Assembly (NCBI RefSeq): GCF_037042905.1
Contig: NC_087251.1
Location: 22,012,001-22,076,000, forward strand
Direction: 5' to 3'
Origin: Lytechinus pictus
Taxonomy: Eukaryota
Length of the DNA: 64,000 nt
Both the position numbers and the translations under genes were made by a program. The notes below the pieces were generated by a model. That model was not told the DNA's origin. It made no database searches and saw only the letters and a list, made by a program, of their open reading frames with translations. Positions 52,686-64,000 of the stretch are shown here, piece by piece; positions within the stretch are counted from its first letter, which is position 1; every line of letters begins with the position of its first letter.

Positions 52686-53334
52686 GTCATTTGACCAATA
52701 GTCCAATAAACATAGTATCACCAATCATTTTTCTGCTTTAGAATTAGGTGTCAAAGCTTAAGTGCTCCCTTCTCACAACAGGTGTTCTTTATACAAAGTA
52801 TATGAGAATTGACTCATTGGGAGTTTAGTTGGTTAGCATAAGGATTTTCTAAGATGAAGTGCTGTCTCAAGTAAATATTAACCAACTCAGTCTTTATGTC
52901 AGAATAATGCAGTAGATGCAATTTAAGTAAAGCATGGAGCAATGAAGTAAAAGCACTTGCTAGTTATGGTAAGGATTTAGTAATATGAATTGAATTACAC
53001 TGATGCTCTAACATTCAGACCTTGTAAATTACTTTTGTCTGGGATATCATGGGGGAACAAGTTTCCCCCTCTCAGTGTGAAGTTTTCACTTGGCTTTTTA
53101 AAAACTTTTTTTCTAATGAGTTCATATGAGGAAGCTGTTGACATAGAGTGTATACTGAAATTTTCTCTCACTCCATAACTTTGATGGGTGTGTGCTAAAA
53201 AAGGAAGAAAAAAAAATACACCCAAATTAAGAGGATCTAAATTGATTAAGGACATTCTTATAAAATTATCCGTTTATGTTGATTGTAGATCTCGTCTTTC
53301 TCACTGTGTTTTATTGTATAATAATTTAACCTTT

Positions 53335-53549
53335 CGGTTCCATGACATGTGCTTTGGCGGCAATTGCTCCGCTGAAAATTCCATGCTTTAAAGGAATGAC
53401 CAACTTCAATCCTGGATTTAACACTAAACCCTATCTTTAACCTCACCCTAAACCTAACATAAAACCCTATTGCAACCCTAACCGTAACCTTATTTCTTAA
53501 ACTAAATAAAGCCCAGCGAAATTGTTGCCGCAAAAAGTATTGTGTCACC
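53335..53549 (+). mobile_element. Second copy of the 45944-46111 element family
   Basis: Shares TTCCATGACAT, CAATTGCTCC, CATAAAACCCTATTGCAACCCTAACC and TGTGTCACC. Confidence 0.65.
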
Positions 53550-56500
53550 CACCTTTCATACAACCACACATTAAAACTTTAAGAATGACTTTTCTTTAGA
53601 TTTGCCAAATAAAAAAATGTAGATTTACATACTTCCACGAAATATAGAGATTAAAAGAGACAGATGAACTTTCAATATCTGAGTTTCTTGTTTGCTGGTA
53701 GGAAGTTTTCAAGTATTAGTGCATGAGGGTGTATGTAAGGCTGAGTGGCAGGTAGATTTTTTGATGGTTCTCTAATCCTCTTAGATATCCTCTCACCTTT
53801 CATAGCAAGAGAAACCTTGTTCACACTGCAATGTCATTACTTATTAGGGATACCTAAGTCAATATTTGGTTAATTGTATTTCCAGTATCTACTTAGCTGA
53901 TCAACTACTCCTAAAACAAAGCAATGAAATCACTTGGGTTTTGTTTTCACAGATTATGTTTTCATAAATAAAGTCAGCAAGAGTTCCTGATAAGTTATAA
54001 ATTCAATTTGATAGTCTTTTCTAACATTAGTCATCGTTCCAACTAATACCAACTTAAAGATATTCAAAGTATTCAAAATTTGTAAACAACATAATTTTTT
54101 ATCAATAATAGATTTTGAGACTTTTTTCAATGCTCTGTAATTGATATTTATTGGATTAAAAGAAATATAGCCTTCATCAAAGATATACATTTTAATGTTG
54201 TCATTGATGATTAATTGATGTGTGTTCTGCCTTGAGTATAAAGTTTAATATGAACACATCCCTGAGAATGAGAAACCAATGTCAGCTGATGTGAGATAAT
54301 GGGTGATCTCGCATGTAATCAAGGAGAATTTGGGAGAAGTTTTCAATTGAGAAAATACAAAAGTTTTTTTTTCCATTGACCCAGCCCTGTCATATTGGCA
54401 CCTATCTTTATCCTACATCAACTAATCCGTGTCTAAGTTTCCTGTTTCCCTCCCGTTAGAGACAATGTATCAGAATGATTTTAATATTGTTTGTGGAATC
54501 TGGTCAGAACTTTTTCCCCTTTAGAACCCATTTTATTGTGGATTATCCTGCTCTTAGTCTGTTATCATGATCATCATGTCAATTTGTCACCTGTATAAAA
54601 CCTTTTCTGTACTCTGAATGGAAAGGTCAAAGTGCCTTGTTGATTTCATGGAGTATGCCTTGTGGAGTATTGTAAGTCAATGAAGATACTTTCATTAACT
54701 TTCATGTTCTCAACACAGAACTTATTCATGACAGAAAAAGAAAGATAAGTGTTTCTTGAAGAATTTGTTGCGTTCTCTTTATTTTATCTTGTTGGATTTT
54801 AAGAAAATTAGAATAAAAAAGTATGCTGATATAGAGATGTAGATATGTAATTGAAGAGATCAAATACTGATTTGAACCCCTAACTATAATGGTCTGTAGC
54901 TGAGGAAGTCAGTTGAGACAACTGTGTGAAGAAAATTAATGAAAAATGTATTGATGAAGATAAAATAAGGCTCATTGACTTTGGTTCAGTAGTCTCTATA
55001 TTTTCTTTAAATAATAATTGCTTTTGTGACTAAACAGTACTGTTGCTCACTAGAAAATGATTTTTAATGAAAATGCGTTCAATGAAGGAGACATACATGA
55101 CAGTGAAAAGGGTAAAGTTTGTCTGCAAATATCTCAGAGTGCATCTCGTTTTTAGTGGACGCTGCAAAATGTAAATGAGATTCTATTAATCACACTTTAC
55201 TGAACAATTATGATATTGATATAGTCTGAAGTGACAAAAGCTAGTGGCAAAAATCCAGTTAGGGAGGGGGCTTTATTTCATCTTGATGAATTGCCAATTC
55301 GATTGTAGTCATTAGATTGGAGTCCAACCTCTAATATAAAGCCATATTAAGTGATGGTATATTTCATGATGAATCATTGCTTTTTAAATTGTACTTCATA
55401 ATGTTTTTGGTGTAGTGGTGTAGAAGAGGAGGGATTGGATTATAGAACAGTTAATGTTTCTAAAAGAATATATCATATCCAGAGCCATAGGATAGGTTTT
55501 CAAGTTAAATTTTTAATGGTTATTGAGAGGATTATTTATAATCTTTGAGAAAAATGATTAAAAGGCATTAAAACCCTTGGAGTTAGCATCATAACATTCC
55601 ATTGTTCAAAATATCATTGTGGGTTTTTCTTTTTTATCATCTAAGAAGATCTTAGTCTTTTCTCTAAGTGAAAACATAAAGGAAAGTATTGAATGGGAAA
55701 AATGTTCAATTAATTGCTCAATAAATCTCTCAATGTTACTGTCATAAAGATAATGCAGTCTAGTTACAACAATAAAAACATTACACTGCTTTGAAAATAA
55801 TTTCTGCCTTATTATTTGTCATAATGGTTCGATTTAAAAATGGCAGAGGACATAGTGGCAGAGGTAAAACTTACTGTCATACTTTGAAAATGTTTGTATT
55901 TTAAATATATTTCTTTAGGTCTCTGAAAGATAGTGTTATTGATGATCCATAGGAATCAAAGAAAAATTTAGTTCTTTTTCCTGGAAAAAGTAAATCTATT
56001 TTTAAATTACTGTTGCATAATTGACTCCTGGCAAAAGTTCTTTTTTATTACCCATTGTCGGAAAGTAGTGTCCAGTGTCTTCAATTTTATGATTTCGTAT
56101 AAGTTGGACCTGTTCACCAATACTGTAACAAAGACTTTATATGGACCAATATTTTATTGTCAAACTTTCCTCCCATTACATGCTTTTGAAATTACATTCT
56201 ATGCTTTGAAGTAAACTTTGAGACCGATTTTAAAGAGATTATTCAATTGGAACTATAGTCTTTCATTCATTTTCTTATTAGGTCACATTTTTGTGCATAA
56301 TCTTTTTTTGTTGTTGTTGTTGATTTAAAAGTCTTCTCTTTTAATCTGAAAATGTGATTCAAACTTTTAAAGTTGCTTTTTCAAATTTACTAAATACTTT
56401 ACTTTCTAATTTTAGCATACCTACATCTTTTATTCTTATCTGACAGTACAAAACAATGATATAAAAGGGAGATACAATGTTTGTAATTAATCAGAAATCA

Positions 56501-57616
56501 ATCATGACATACCCATATATACATCAAAAATTTGCATATAGCATCATGTTTCTGTCAGGCAATATGATTTGTTGCCCCAAAGCATGGTCTTTGAAACATC
56601 TGTATAGATCATTCAATCAAGGAAAAGCAAAGATGTAATAAAGTCATTAGAAATAACTCCCCATCATTTCTAAGTATTCTAAAATATCAATTAATGATGA
56701 ATGATGACATAGTTATTGAGAATATGTCTCAAATTATCAAAAGCAAAAAAGGGTATGAAGTGGTTTTTGTTTGAGAATTAGAAGGCAATCTTGCCGTAGG
56801 TTACAATGATATAGTTTTTGTATTACTGATGGGACTAGACCAGACTTATCCATCATTAGGCATAATAGATGGTTAGGTAATATTCTTTGCTGACACAACT
56901 GTGTCACCAAGTAATATTACTTTTATCAAAGGTTTTATCCAAAACTCATTTTTTCTAATATCAGCATCTATGTATGGCCTTTCATCTTTTCAGACTGCCA
57001 GGTTGATTAGAAATCTAGATTAGATGTAAAGTAACTTTTCCAGAAAATTCTTTTCGTTTGTTATCATATTTTCAGAAACAGTATATAAACTCCATATACA
57101 CTTTCAGTATATATGCCAGTGATATTTTTTTCCTTTGAAAAGGTCCAGTGGTTTCCCATATGATACTGAATATCTTAATATACTAGGTATCCTGCAATAT
57201 TGTTGCTATTAAATCATCCAATTTAAATGAGATTGGTATTTGATAATAGAATGTAGGTAGTATTTACAGATATTTTTCAGGCCTTGACTCAGTGTTAATA
57301 GAAATAATGAAATAGTGTACAAGTGTGCAATATATATTTTGTTCATAAGATATATTTATTTATTCCGTGTCAAAGGGTAAGGGCCCTAGCTCCACCACTA
57401 CACATGCTGAAATTATTATTATTATTTTTTTTTGCAACTTATGAGCCAAACTCTTTTATCTCTTCCAAGTACTTTTTAGTTGTTATTAAGTGAGATATTC
57501 ATGCGTGTTTTTTATTAATCTTTTCATGGTTTAGCGTTTCTCTTATAAATTTGCATTAACAACTAATTTGCATTGATCCTTGAAAAAATAAAATGCTTTT
57601 TTTATATATCAGTTAA

Positions 57617-58961
57617 TACCCCCATCTCACTAGGAAGGCGATCGTGGCGACCATGGCGATCTGTGTAAATCCCGTAAATCGTAGCAGAATCTTCCTCGAA
57701 TTCTTTTTTTAGCCTGCGAGACGATTGCACTGCAACTTCTATGCGACCGACCTGCGCTGAAGGCGATGGTAATACGCTGAAAGTACAACGATGCCACTTT
57801 CTTGCGACGATTCAAGGCAGATGTGATGCGCTGCTTCTGCGATCAAAGCAATCGTACAACGAGGCTCATACGCTAATTAGGACCTCGGTACGGTGGTGCT
57901 AAGAATGAAGTGATTATGTTACGTTCATGATGGGCTCTTGAAACGATTTCAAGCAATCGGCATACTAATCGCGGCACATGACACATTTTTCAGTCGATTG
58001 CCAACCTCCGACCAACATGGATGTCCAGAATTTGGTTGGACTTATACATCTTGGCATTCTAAAAGAACATCAGTTAAAAGTTGAATGCGAGGACAGGAGA
58101 AGGAGGAGGCCAAAAAGATACAGGAAAACCCATTTCGTCATCAAGACATGTGAGCGTCTTTTTTCTCTTTCCAGCTGGCTCAGCAGTAAGATTTTTATCC
58201 TCCTCCTGTTCCCTCTCCTCTTCCTCCTTACCTCCTCCTCCTCTACCACCACCATAACCCCTTGATCTTCCTCTTCGACCGCCAGCCTAAGAGGGGTAGC
58301 TTGGGCAGCTTTCCCTTTTCTGGTCCTTTTTCTGGGAGGTATGTTTGAAAACGCCATGGTATCGCCTCGTAATCTGTTGCAAATATGATAATCCGCCACC
58401 ATCGGCACGGCGTTTTATAACAGCGCGGACGGTTGTTGCGCAATCGCTGCCCAGTCATCAGCGGCGCAGCAAAAGCGCAACGCAAACGCCTGTAGCGGGC
58501 TGAGAACGTGTGCCACATGCCACCCAAAGAAGGAAGCGTCGTGGTGGAAGCTGTGTGAAGCCTGTCGAGCGCAAGGCAGTCGCCTTGTAAACGGAAGCAG
58601 CGTAGCAGAATTGTCTTGGGAACGGGCCTGAAAACCACGGGCAATCGGTGCCGCTTTTAATGCGCTTATACTACGCTTTATGCGTTGGGGCTCCGTTACA
58701 GCTACGAATATGTCGTTTGTAATACGCTCATGACTCGATTGTGATGCGCTTTAGCACCTCCGCGATCTCGCTACGTAAGTTTTGAACATGTTCAAAATTT
58801 TGTGGCGACCATAAAGCTGGTGGCGATCCTTGCCGCTTCAGAAAAGATCAAGGTACGATGGAGAAGATTGAAAAGATCAAGGCACGATCAAGCTACGTTA
58901 TACCACGCTTTGTCGATTTTAGACGATCGCAGTGGAATCGCCATCTAGTGAGATGGGGGTA
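57617..58961. mobile_element. Harbinger transposon internal-deletion derivative
   Basis: Perfect 17-bp TIR TACCCCCATCTCACTAG / CTAGTGAGATGGGGGTA; TAA TSD at 57614-57616 and 58962-58964; CpG-rich; subterminal palindrome TTTTGAACATGTTCAAAA. Confidence 0.92.
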
Positions 58962-59341
58962 TAATACAGCCTCCCACTTCCTTCATACAATGAGGGGGGT
59001 CTATCATTTCACAAAATGGGGTATGCACAAATTTTTGTAAATTGTTTTGGTGCTTTTTCAAACTTGTCCAAGAAGCAAAACACTGTTCTTATAAGAAATG
59101 ACTATTATCACTTACCTTTTACTTACTAGTATTAGAAGAAGAAAAAATACATATAATATATATAAATCCAACTTGCAAAATAGTACTCACTTTCAAAGTG
59201 TGGGGGTACAATTTTCATGTTCATGTGTAAAGAGGGTACTCATGCAGGCAGGAAATATCTCCCTCTAAATTGGCCACTGCAGGATAACAAAAATGTATTT
59301 ATAGTTGCCATATTTCTTATTACTACTATATAAGGCACCTT

Positions 59342-59764
59342 GGTAAATTGCCATTTCGTCTACTGCCAACTCGTCCACTCACCATTTGGTCTACTTTCAT
59401 TTTAATAGTCTTACGCCATTCTGTCCATCAACATTGTGTCTTACAACCATTTGGGTCCATTAACCATTTGATCCAATCATCACTTCGTCTAATCACCATT
59501 TCATCTATGACCATTTCGTCTCATAACCAGTTGGTCTAATACCATTTCATTTTCATTCATTTGGCACAATTTAACACTTAGTCCAATTAGACCAAATGGT
59601 ATATGGACTCAATGGCTATTGGACCAACTGGTTATTAGATGGAATGGCATTAGACTTAATTAAAGTAGACCATGTGGTGATTGGATGAACTGATGGTAGA
59701 CCAAATGATAGTAGAAGAGTTTGCAATTGGATGAACTGGCATTAGACGAAACCGGCACCTTACC
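59342..59764. mobile_element. Fold-back MITE built from ~15-bp subrepeats
   Basis: GGTAAATTGCCATTTCGTCTACTGCCAACTCGTC pairs with GATGAACTGGCATTAGACGAAACCGGCACCTTACC; CCATTT(C/G)GTCT repeats on the left arm and AGACCAAATG repeats on the right. Confidence 0.75.
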
Positions 59765-59953
59765 AAAAGTTAAAGCTGTGTCTTCCCTTTGTCTTGTCAT
59801 AGATGAAATGTGATGAATTCCTTACCTGACGCATTCAACAGTGCATAGACTCAGTAAACCTTGTAGAATTTAGGCCTTGGTCTTTTGATCAATCCTTTTC
59901 ATTTTCATTGAAAATTATTGATGAAACTTCATTTCTTTGATATTTTCTTTCAG

Positions 59954-60154
59954 GAATGGATTGCGCCCTGCCTCCTGATCTAGAGGTGCCCAACAGTCAC
60001 TATACGGTGAGGGGTGAGGAGTCAGACAGCGAGGGTTGGTACCTTCCAGGTGCTGTCTTGGAGTACACATGTGATACAGGTTACATCATGCAAGGGGGCG
60101 TGTCTACAAGACAGTGTCAGAGTGGACACTGGGTGGGAGAGAAACCTCAGTGTG
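59954..60154 (+). CDS. Internal coding exon: Sushi/CCP domain (MDCALPPDLEVPNSHY...YLPGAVLEYTCDTGYIMQGGVSTRQCQSGHWVGEKPQC)
   Basis: Four Cys plus conserved Y.C..GY and W....P.C; TTTTCTTTCAG acceptor (AG 59952-59953); GTAGGT donor at 60155; 201 nt, phase 1-1; joins the EGF exon in frame (A+GA = Arg). Confidence 0.96.
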
Positions 60155-61699
60155 GTAGGTTGTACTCCTTGGATTGTAGCTAATAGCTCTACCTTTAGAT
60201 CAAGCTTGTAGGATAGATAGAATAAAAATTGACAAGTCAAACAATGAAAACTTCATCAAAATCAATTGAAAATAAGTTATGGAATCCTTACTTTGGCATA
60301 ATTTCATCAAATATTGATATAAGTACATTGTGCAAGCATATGATGTTATAAACACACTAATTGCTTTGAATTTTATTAGTTATATATGTAATTTTTATTT
60401 CATACTATGACAGAATTGCTTTCTCTCATTAAAGTAGGATGCAGTTATGTTCATTTTAACATATTCAAGGAAAAGCCCATTCTGGTTTAATTTCTTTTAG
60501 CACACCACCTTATTGTTGGTTATTTTATGAAATGTTTACATTTTACAACAAAAATTTTAATTTTCAATATCTATATATTTCTTACTTTTCACACAATATT
60601 GATGAAATTTAAATATTTGACTTCTTTTTCTTTACTCTCTTTATGAAAACCATCTTGATATCTTTGTGCAGTATGTTTTAAGACTATCCAAGGTACCATT
60701 CTAAATCAAATCCAATAGCCTTATATATAATTTTTATTTTATTATTCATTGTAAAAAAAACTCTGTAAATTGATATGGAATATGATACGAATAATACAAA
60801 TAACAAACTTTACTGAGATGACCACCCAGTTTAACATACACTTGTAAAGTTAATCTATACAAAGTTTTATGTTAAAAAATGTTATGATTATGAAAAGTCT
60901 AGACTGCTATAGGGAAAATGCCTTATTATTGCTGCTGCTGCGACCTATATATATATAATAATGTAACCTGAACTGAGATTGGAATATAATCTTAAAATTG
61001 AGTTTCCATCTCTAACACAATCTATACATTGGATACATTGCCGAAGGGATGATAAAACCTTAAATCGCAAATTTGACTGAAATAGTTTTATGGATTAATC
61101 TTATGATTCTTATGATATGTGAAACTATAGAATCTCCTAGAGCATATGTTTATTGAAATATCATAGTTGAACTTCAGCTACTGGAAGTCTAAACTTCAAA
61201 TTTTTACAGCATGTTTTGTTTTTAGTTTCGGTGTATTCAGCTCCATCCATTGGTGAATTTAGGATTTTGAAGTGGAAAACTATTGCTCAAAATTGAGAAA
61301 ATAATTTTGTATAAAATTACTGTTCAAATACCTTTCTAATTTATTTTTCAATCAATGGTCAAATGATCTGATCAAATTGTACATATCCTGTTGATACTTG
61401 CAAGGGCGATATATACACTAAATTTAGATTTTACTTTGGTTTTATTATGACTAAGAGTAATTGAAATCTTTCCTATGGAGAGGGTATGTGTCTCTCATCT
61501 CATTTACATTTATCAGCCAGTTTCAATAATTCACACAAAAACATTTTGTTAAGATTATTCTTGACACCAACAATACATTTTTTCTTAATTTAAAGAGATA
61601 ATATAAAAAAAGTTTTTTTTTTTTTTTTTTTAGTTTCGAGTTTCATTTGCCAGTTGCCCTGGGAAGAGAAGGTATTTCCAGCTAAACAAGATGGTGGCT

Positions 61700-62785
61700 T
61701 TTCCTTTTTGAGCAATTGTTTCTTCAGCGATATCATGACATATTCCATTACGAGAATTGCTATACCTTGGCCTTATAACTGTGAAGCAATCACATGGACT
61801 TGTATATTCCATTGCTTGCTCGGTGAACAAAACAAATTTCAATCTTGCTTAAACTTAAAAAACCTCCGGGGAAGATCATGAGAAAGGGGGACAGATTTGA
61901 TGGACTATTCAGACTATTGACTTCCGTATTTTCTAATGGTTTGCATTTAACTTTGATCTGGACATTACAGAAATTATGAAGATAAAAATAGGAGGAATTC
62001 CTTGGAATGCCAGGGATGTATGAATTCAAGCATTAAAAACAAAAAGGAATGTCATTGACTTTTCAGATTCTGTTTATCTGCAAGATTATACTAAGTACTT
62101 GTCTTATTGATAATGTGGAATTTCTTTATAACACATACCAATCAGAGAAAGATTTCTCATACGCCAATTAGAGAAAGATTTCTCATACGCCAACAATTTA
62201 TAGTTTGCTCAATTCTTTTTAATTTATCTTTGAAGATTAAATCAAAGATCTATTGAACATCTAAAGAAAATGTAACCCCTAAACACTTAAAATCAGATTT
62301 TTGCCAAGATATACCAAGATTAGTGAATGGAAAATCCAGACATTCTTTTCTTTTAACCAATCCATAAAGCCTTTGTTTTACTCAATTTAGTTTACATCCA
62401 AAATACTGACCAAATTTGGATAAAGTTTCAAATAACAGAGAGAAAAAAAACAGACCATTAACCATCATTAAAACAAGCAGATTCATCAGCAAATATAGAT
62501 ATTTTAGCCTCTTCGTCCAAATAAGGAATACCTCTTCTTAAATCATTTTGACGAACAGTAAGTGCCATAATCTCAAAAACGAGAAGAACACCACTGAACA
62601 ATTCCTCTTTTCATTAAAATACATTCAGATAAAAAACATTATTAATTACCTAGCTCTGACGGGTAGAGTACAAAGTTTTGATAGAGTCAATAAATTCAAA
62701 AACCAAAATTGATTTTTTTTTTTCAAGGATTTAAAATAAAAAATCATGGGAGACGCTATCAAATGCCTTTTCAATATCGAACTTC
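61700..62785 (-). pseudogene. Decayed L1/Tx1-clade LINE ORF2 (reverse transcriptase)
   Basis: Minus-strand motifs occur in canonical order: DIEKAFDSVSHDF (from 62778), IKTLYS, KRGIVQWC (RGxRQGC-like), KISIFADE (YADD position, 62493-62482), FGCKLN, KCLGV, NWRMRNLSLIG. Many stops and frameshifts. Confidence 0.85.
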
Positions 62786-63619
62786 AATTTTAATTCAAAC
62801 TTCAAAATAAAGAAATCATTTAACGGGGGAATTGAAGAAACCCAATATTTTAAAACTTCAATGTATCCCCCTTGTTTAAAATTTGTGATTAGCTATTGGA
62901 AGTATGTTAGCATCATGCATCCCCATCCTACTTTACATCTGAATCCAATTCTTTGAGATTCTTTAAAAAGAGGTCGCAGATGTCAGGAGGAGAGTTTATA
63001 TTTTGGTGGAAATTGATGGCAAATTGTGAATTTTTTGTCTGGTTATGGATTATGGAATCTCCCTGTTTGACAGTGGATCCATTCAAAATGCATGGATGCC
63101 AGCCTCTCTCTGATGTTATGTTTGACATGTTGTTTATGTGGAGGATGGAGAAGAACATAAAAGGAAGATCATTGAGATGATCATGGGTGTGCCTCCGGGG
63201 GAAAAGAAGGGATTGATTATGAATATCATCATGAAAATGTGTGTCAGGAAATCAACAGATCTATGTAAGAGCGGGGTGCATGGTTGGTGTCATAGCATCT
63301 CTGTGCCTAATTTTTCATTATAATTAAAGATTTTTTCCAATTTTCTCTCATGCACAATGTAGGTTAATACTTTTGAAAGCTATGCATGATATTGGGGGCT
63401 ATCCTTTTTTTCTCTCTCAAAGTAGGAAAAGAGGGCAATAAGACATAGAGGTTATTTGTTGGTACGTTTTACATATAGACTTATGATAAAGATTTCTGTC
63501 CATTGTTTCAGTATTAACAGTTGGCGATCATTAGAATATATTGCTCTAATTCTTAAATATGTTAATTGTTTTACTCTGATAGAAACTTGCCTGTGATATG
63601 CACTTTAACAGAAAACTTT

Positions 63620-63783
63620 TAGTAGTAGTAGGAGAAGAAAGAGAAACAGTAGTAGAAGTAGTAGTAGCAGCAGCACTAGTAGTAGAAGTACTAGTAGTAG
63701 TAGTAGTGGTTTTAGTAGTAGTAATTGTAGTAGCAGTAGTAGTAGTAGTAATAGTAATAGTAGTAGCAGCAGTAGTAGCAGTA

Positions 63784-63832
<49 letters not shown>

Positions 63833-63867
63833 CAGTAGTAGAAGTAGAAGTAGTAGTAGTAGTAGTA

Positions 63868-63915
<48 letters not shown>

Positions 63916-63952
63916 ATAGTAATAGTAGTAGCAGCAGTAGTAGTAGTAGTAT

Positions 63953-63985
<33 letters not shown>

Positions 63986-64000
63986 AAGTAGTAGAAGTAG
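63620..64000. repeat. Imperfect (GTA)n microsatellite running off the window end
   Basis: Seen directly. Confidence 0.97.

Noticed and set aside
59956..60183. Stand-alone 75-aa Sushi ORF
   Set aside because: The ATG is internal to an exon with a clear acceptor, and the ORF tail reads through the donor at 60155.

Overview
AT-rich, repeat-dense eukaryotic genomic DNA. An invertebrate deuterostome such as a sea urchin is my inference from the repeat types; it is not proven. Only two convincing host coding exons are visible, both on the + strand: an EGF-like exon (48908-49030) and a Sushi/CCP exon (59954-60154). Both are phase 1-1 and join in frame across a ~10.9 kb intron. No upstream exon is recognisable in the first ~49 kb, so most of the window is probably intron of one large extracellular EGF/Sushi protein gene, which I could not name. 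The rest is mobile-element debris: modular tRNA-derived SINEs; several TIR elements with clean TSDs (Harbinger-, Tc1- and hAT-like); a Harbinger deletion derivative; a Helentron/HINE-like element carrying a ~163-bp tandem array; a decayed DIRS tyrosine-recombinase retroelement interrupted by a Sleeping-Beauty-like MITE; a RecQ-helicase (AcademH-like) relic; an L1/Tx1 RT relic; a near-perfect 51-bp hairpin insertion; and long (GTA)n microsatellites. Almost all ORFs in the supplied track are spurious. No intact transposase, CRISPR array, rRNA or true tRNA gene was seen, and no clearly new biological system could be demonstrated. Family assignments come from motif recognition by eye, not database searches.
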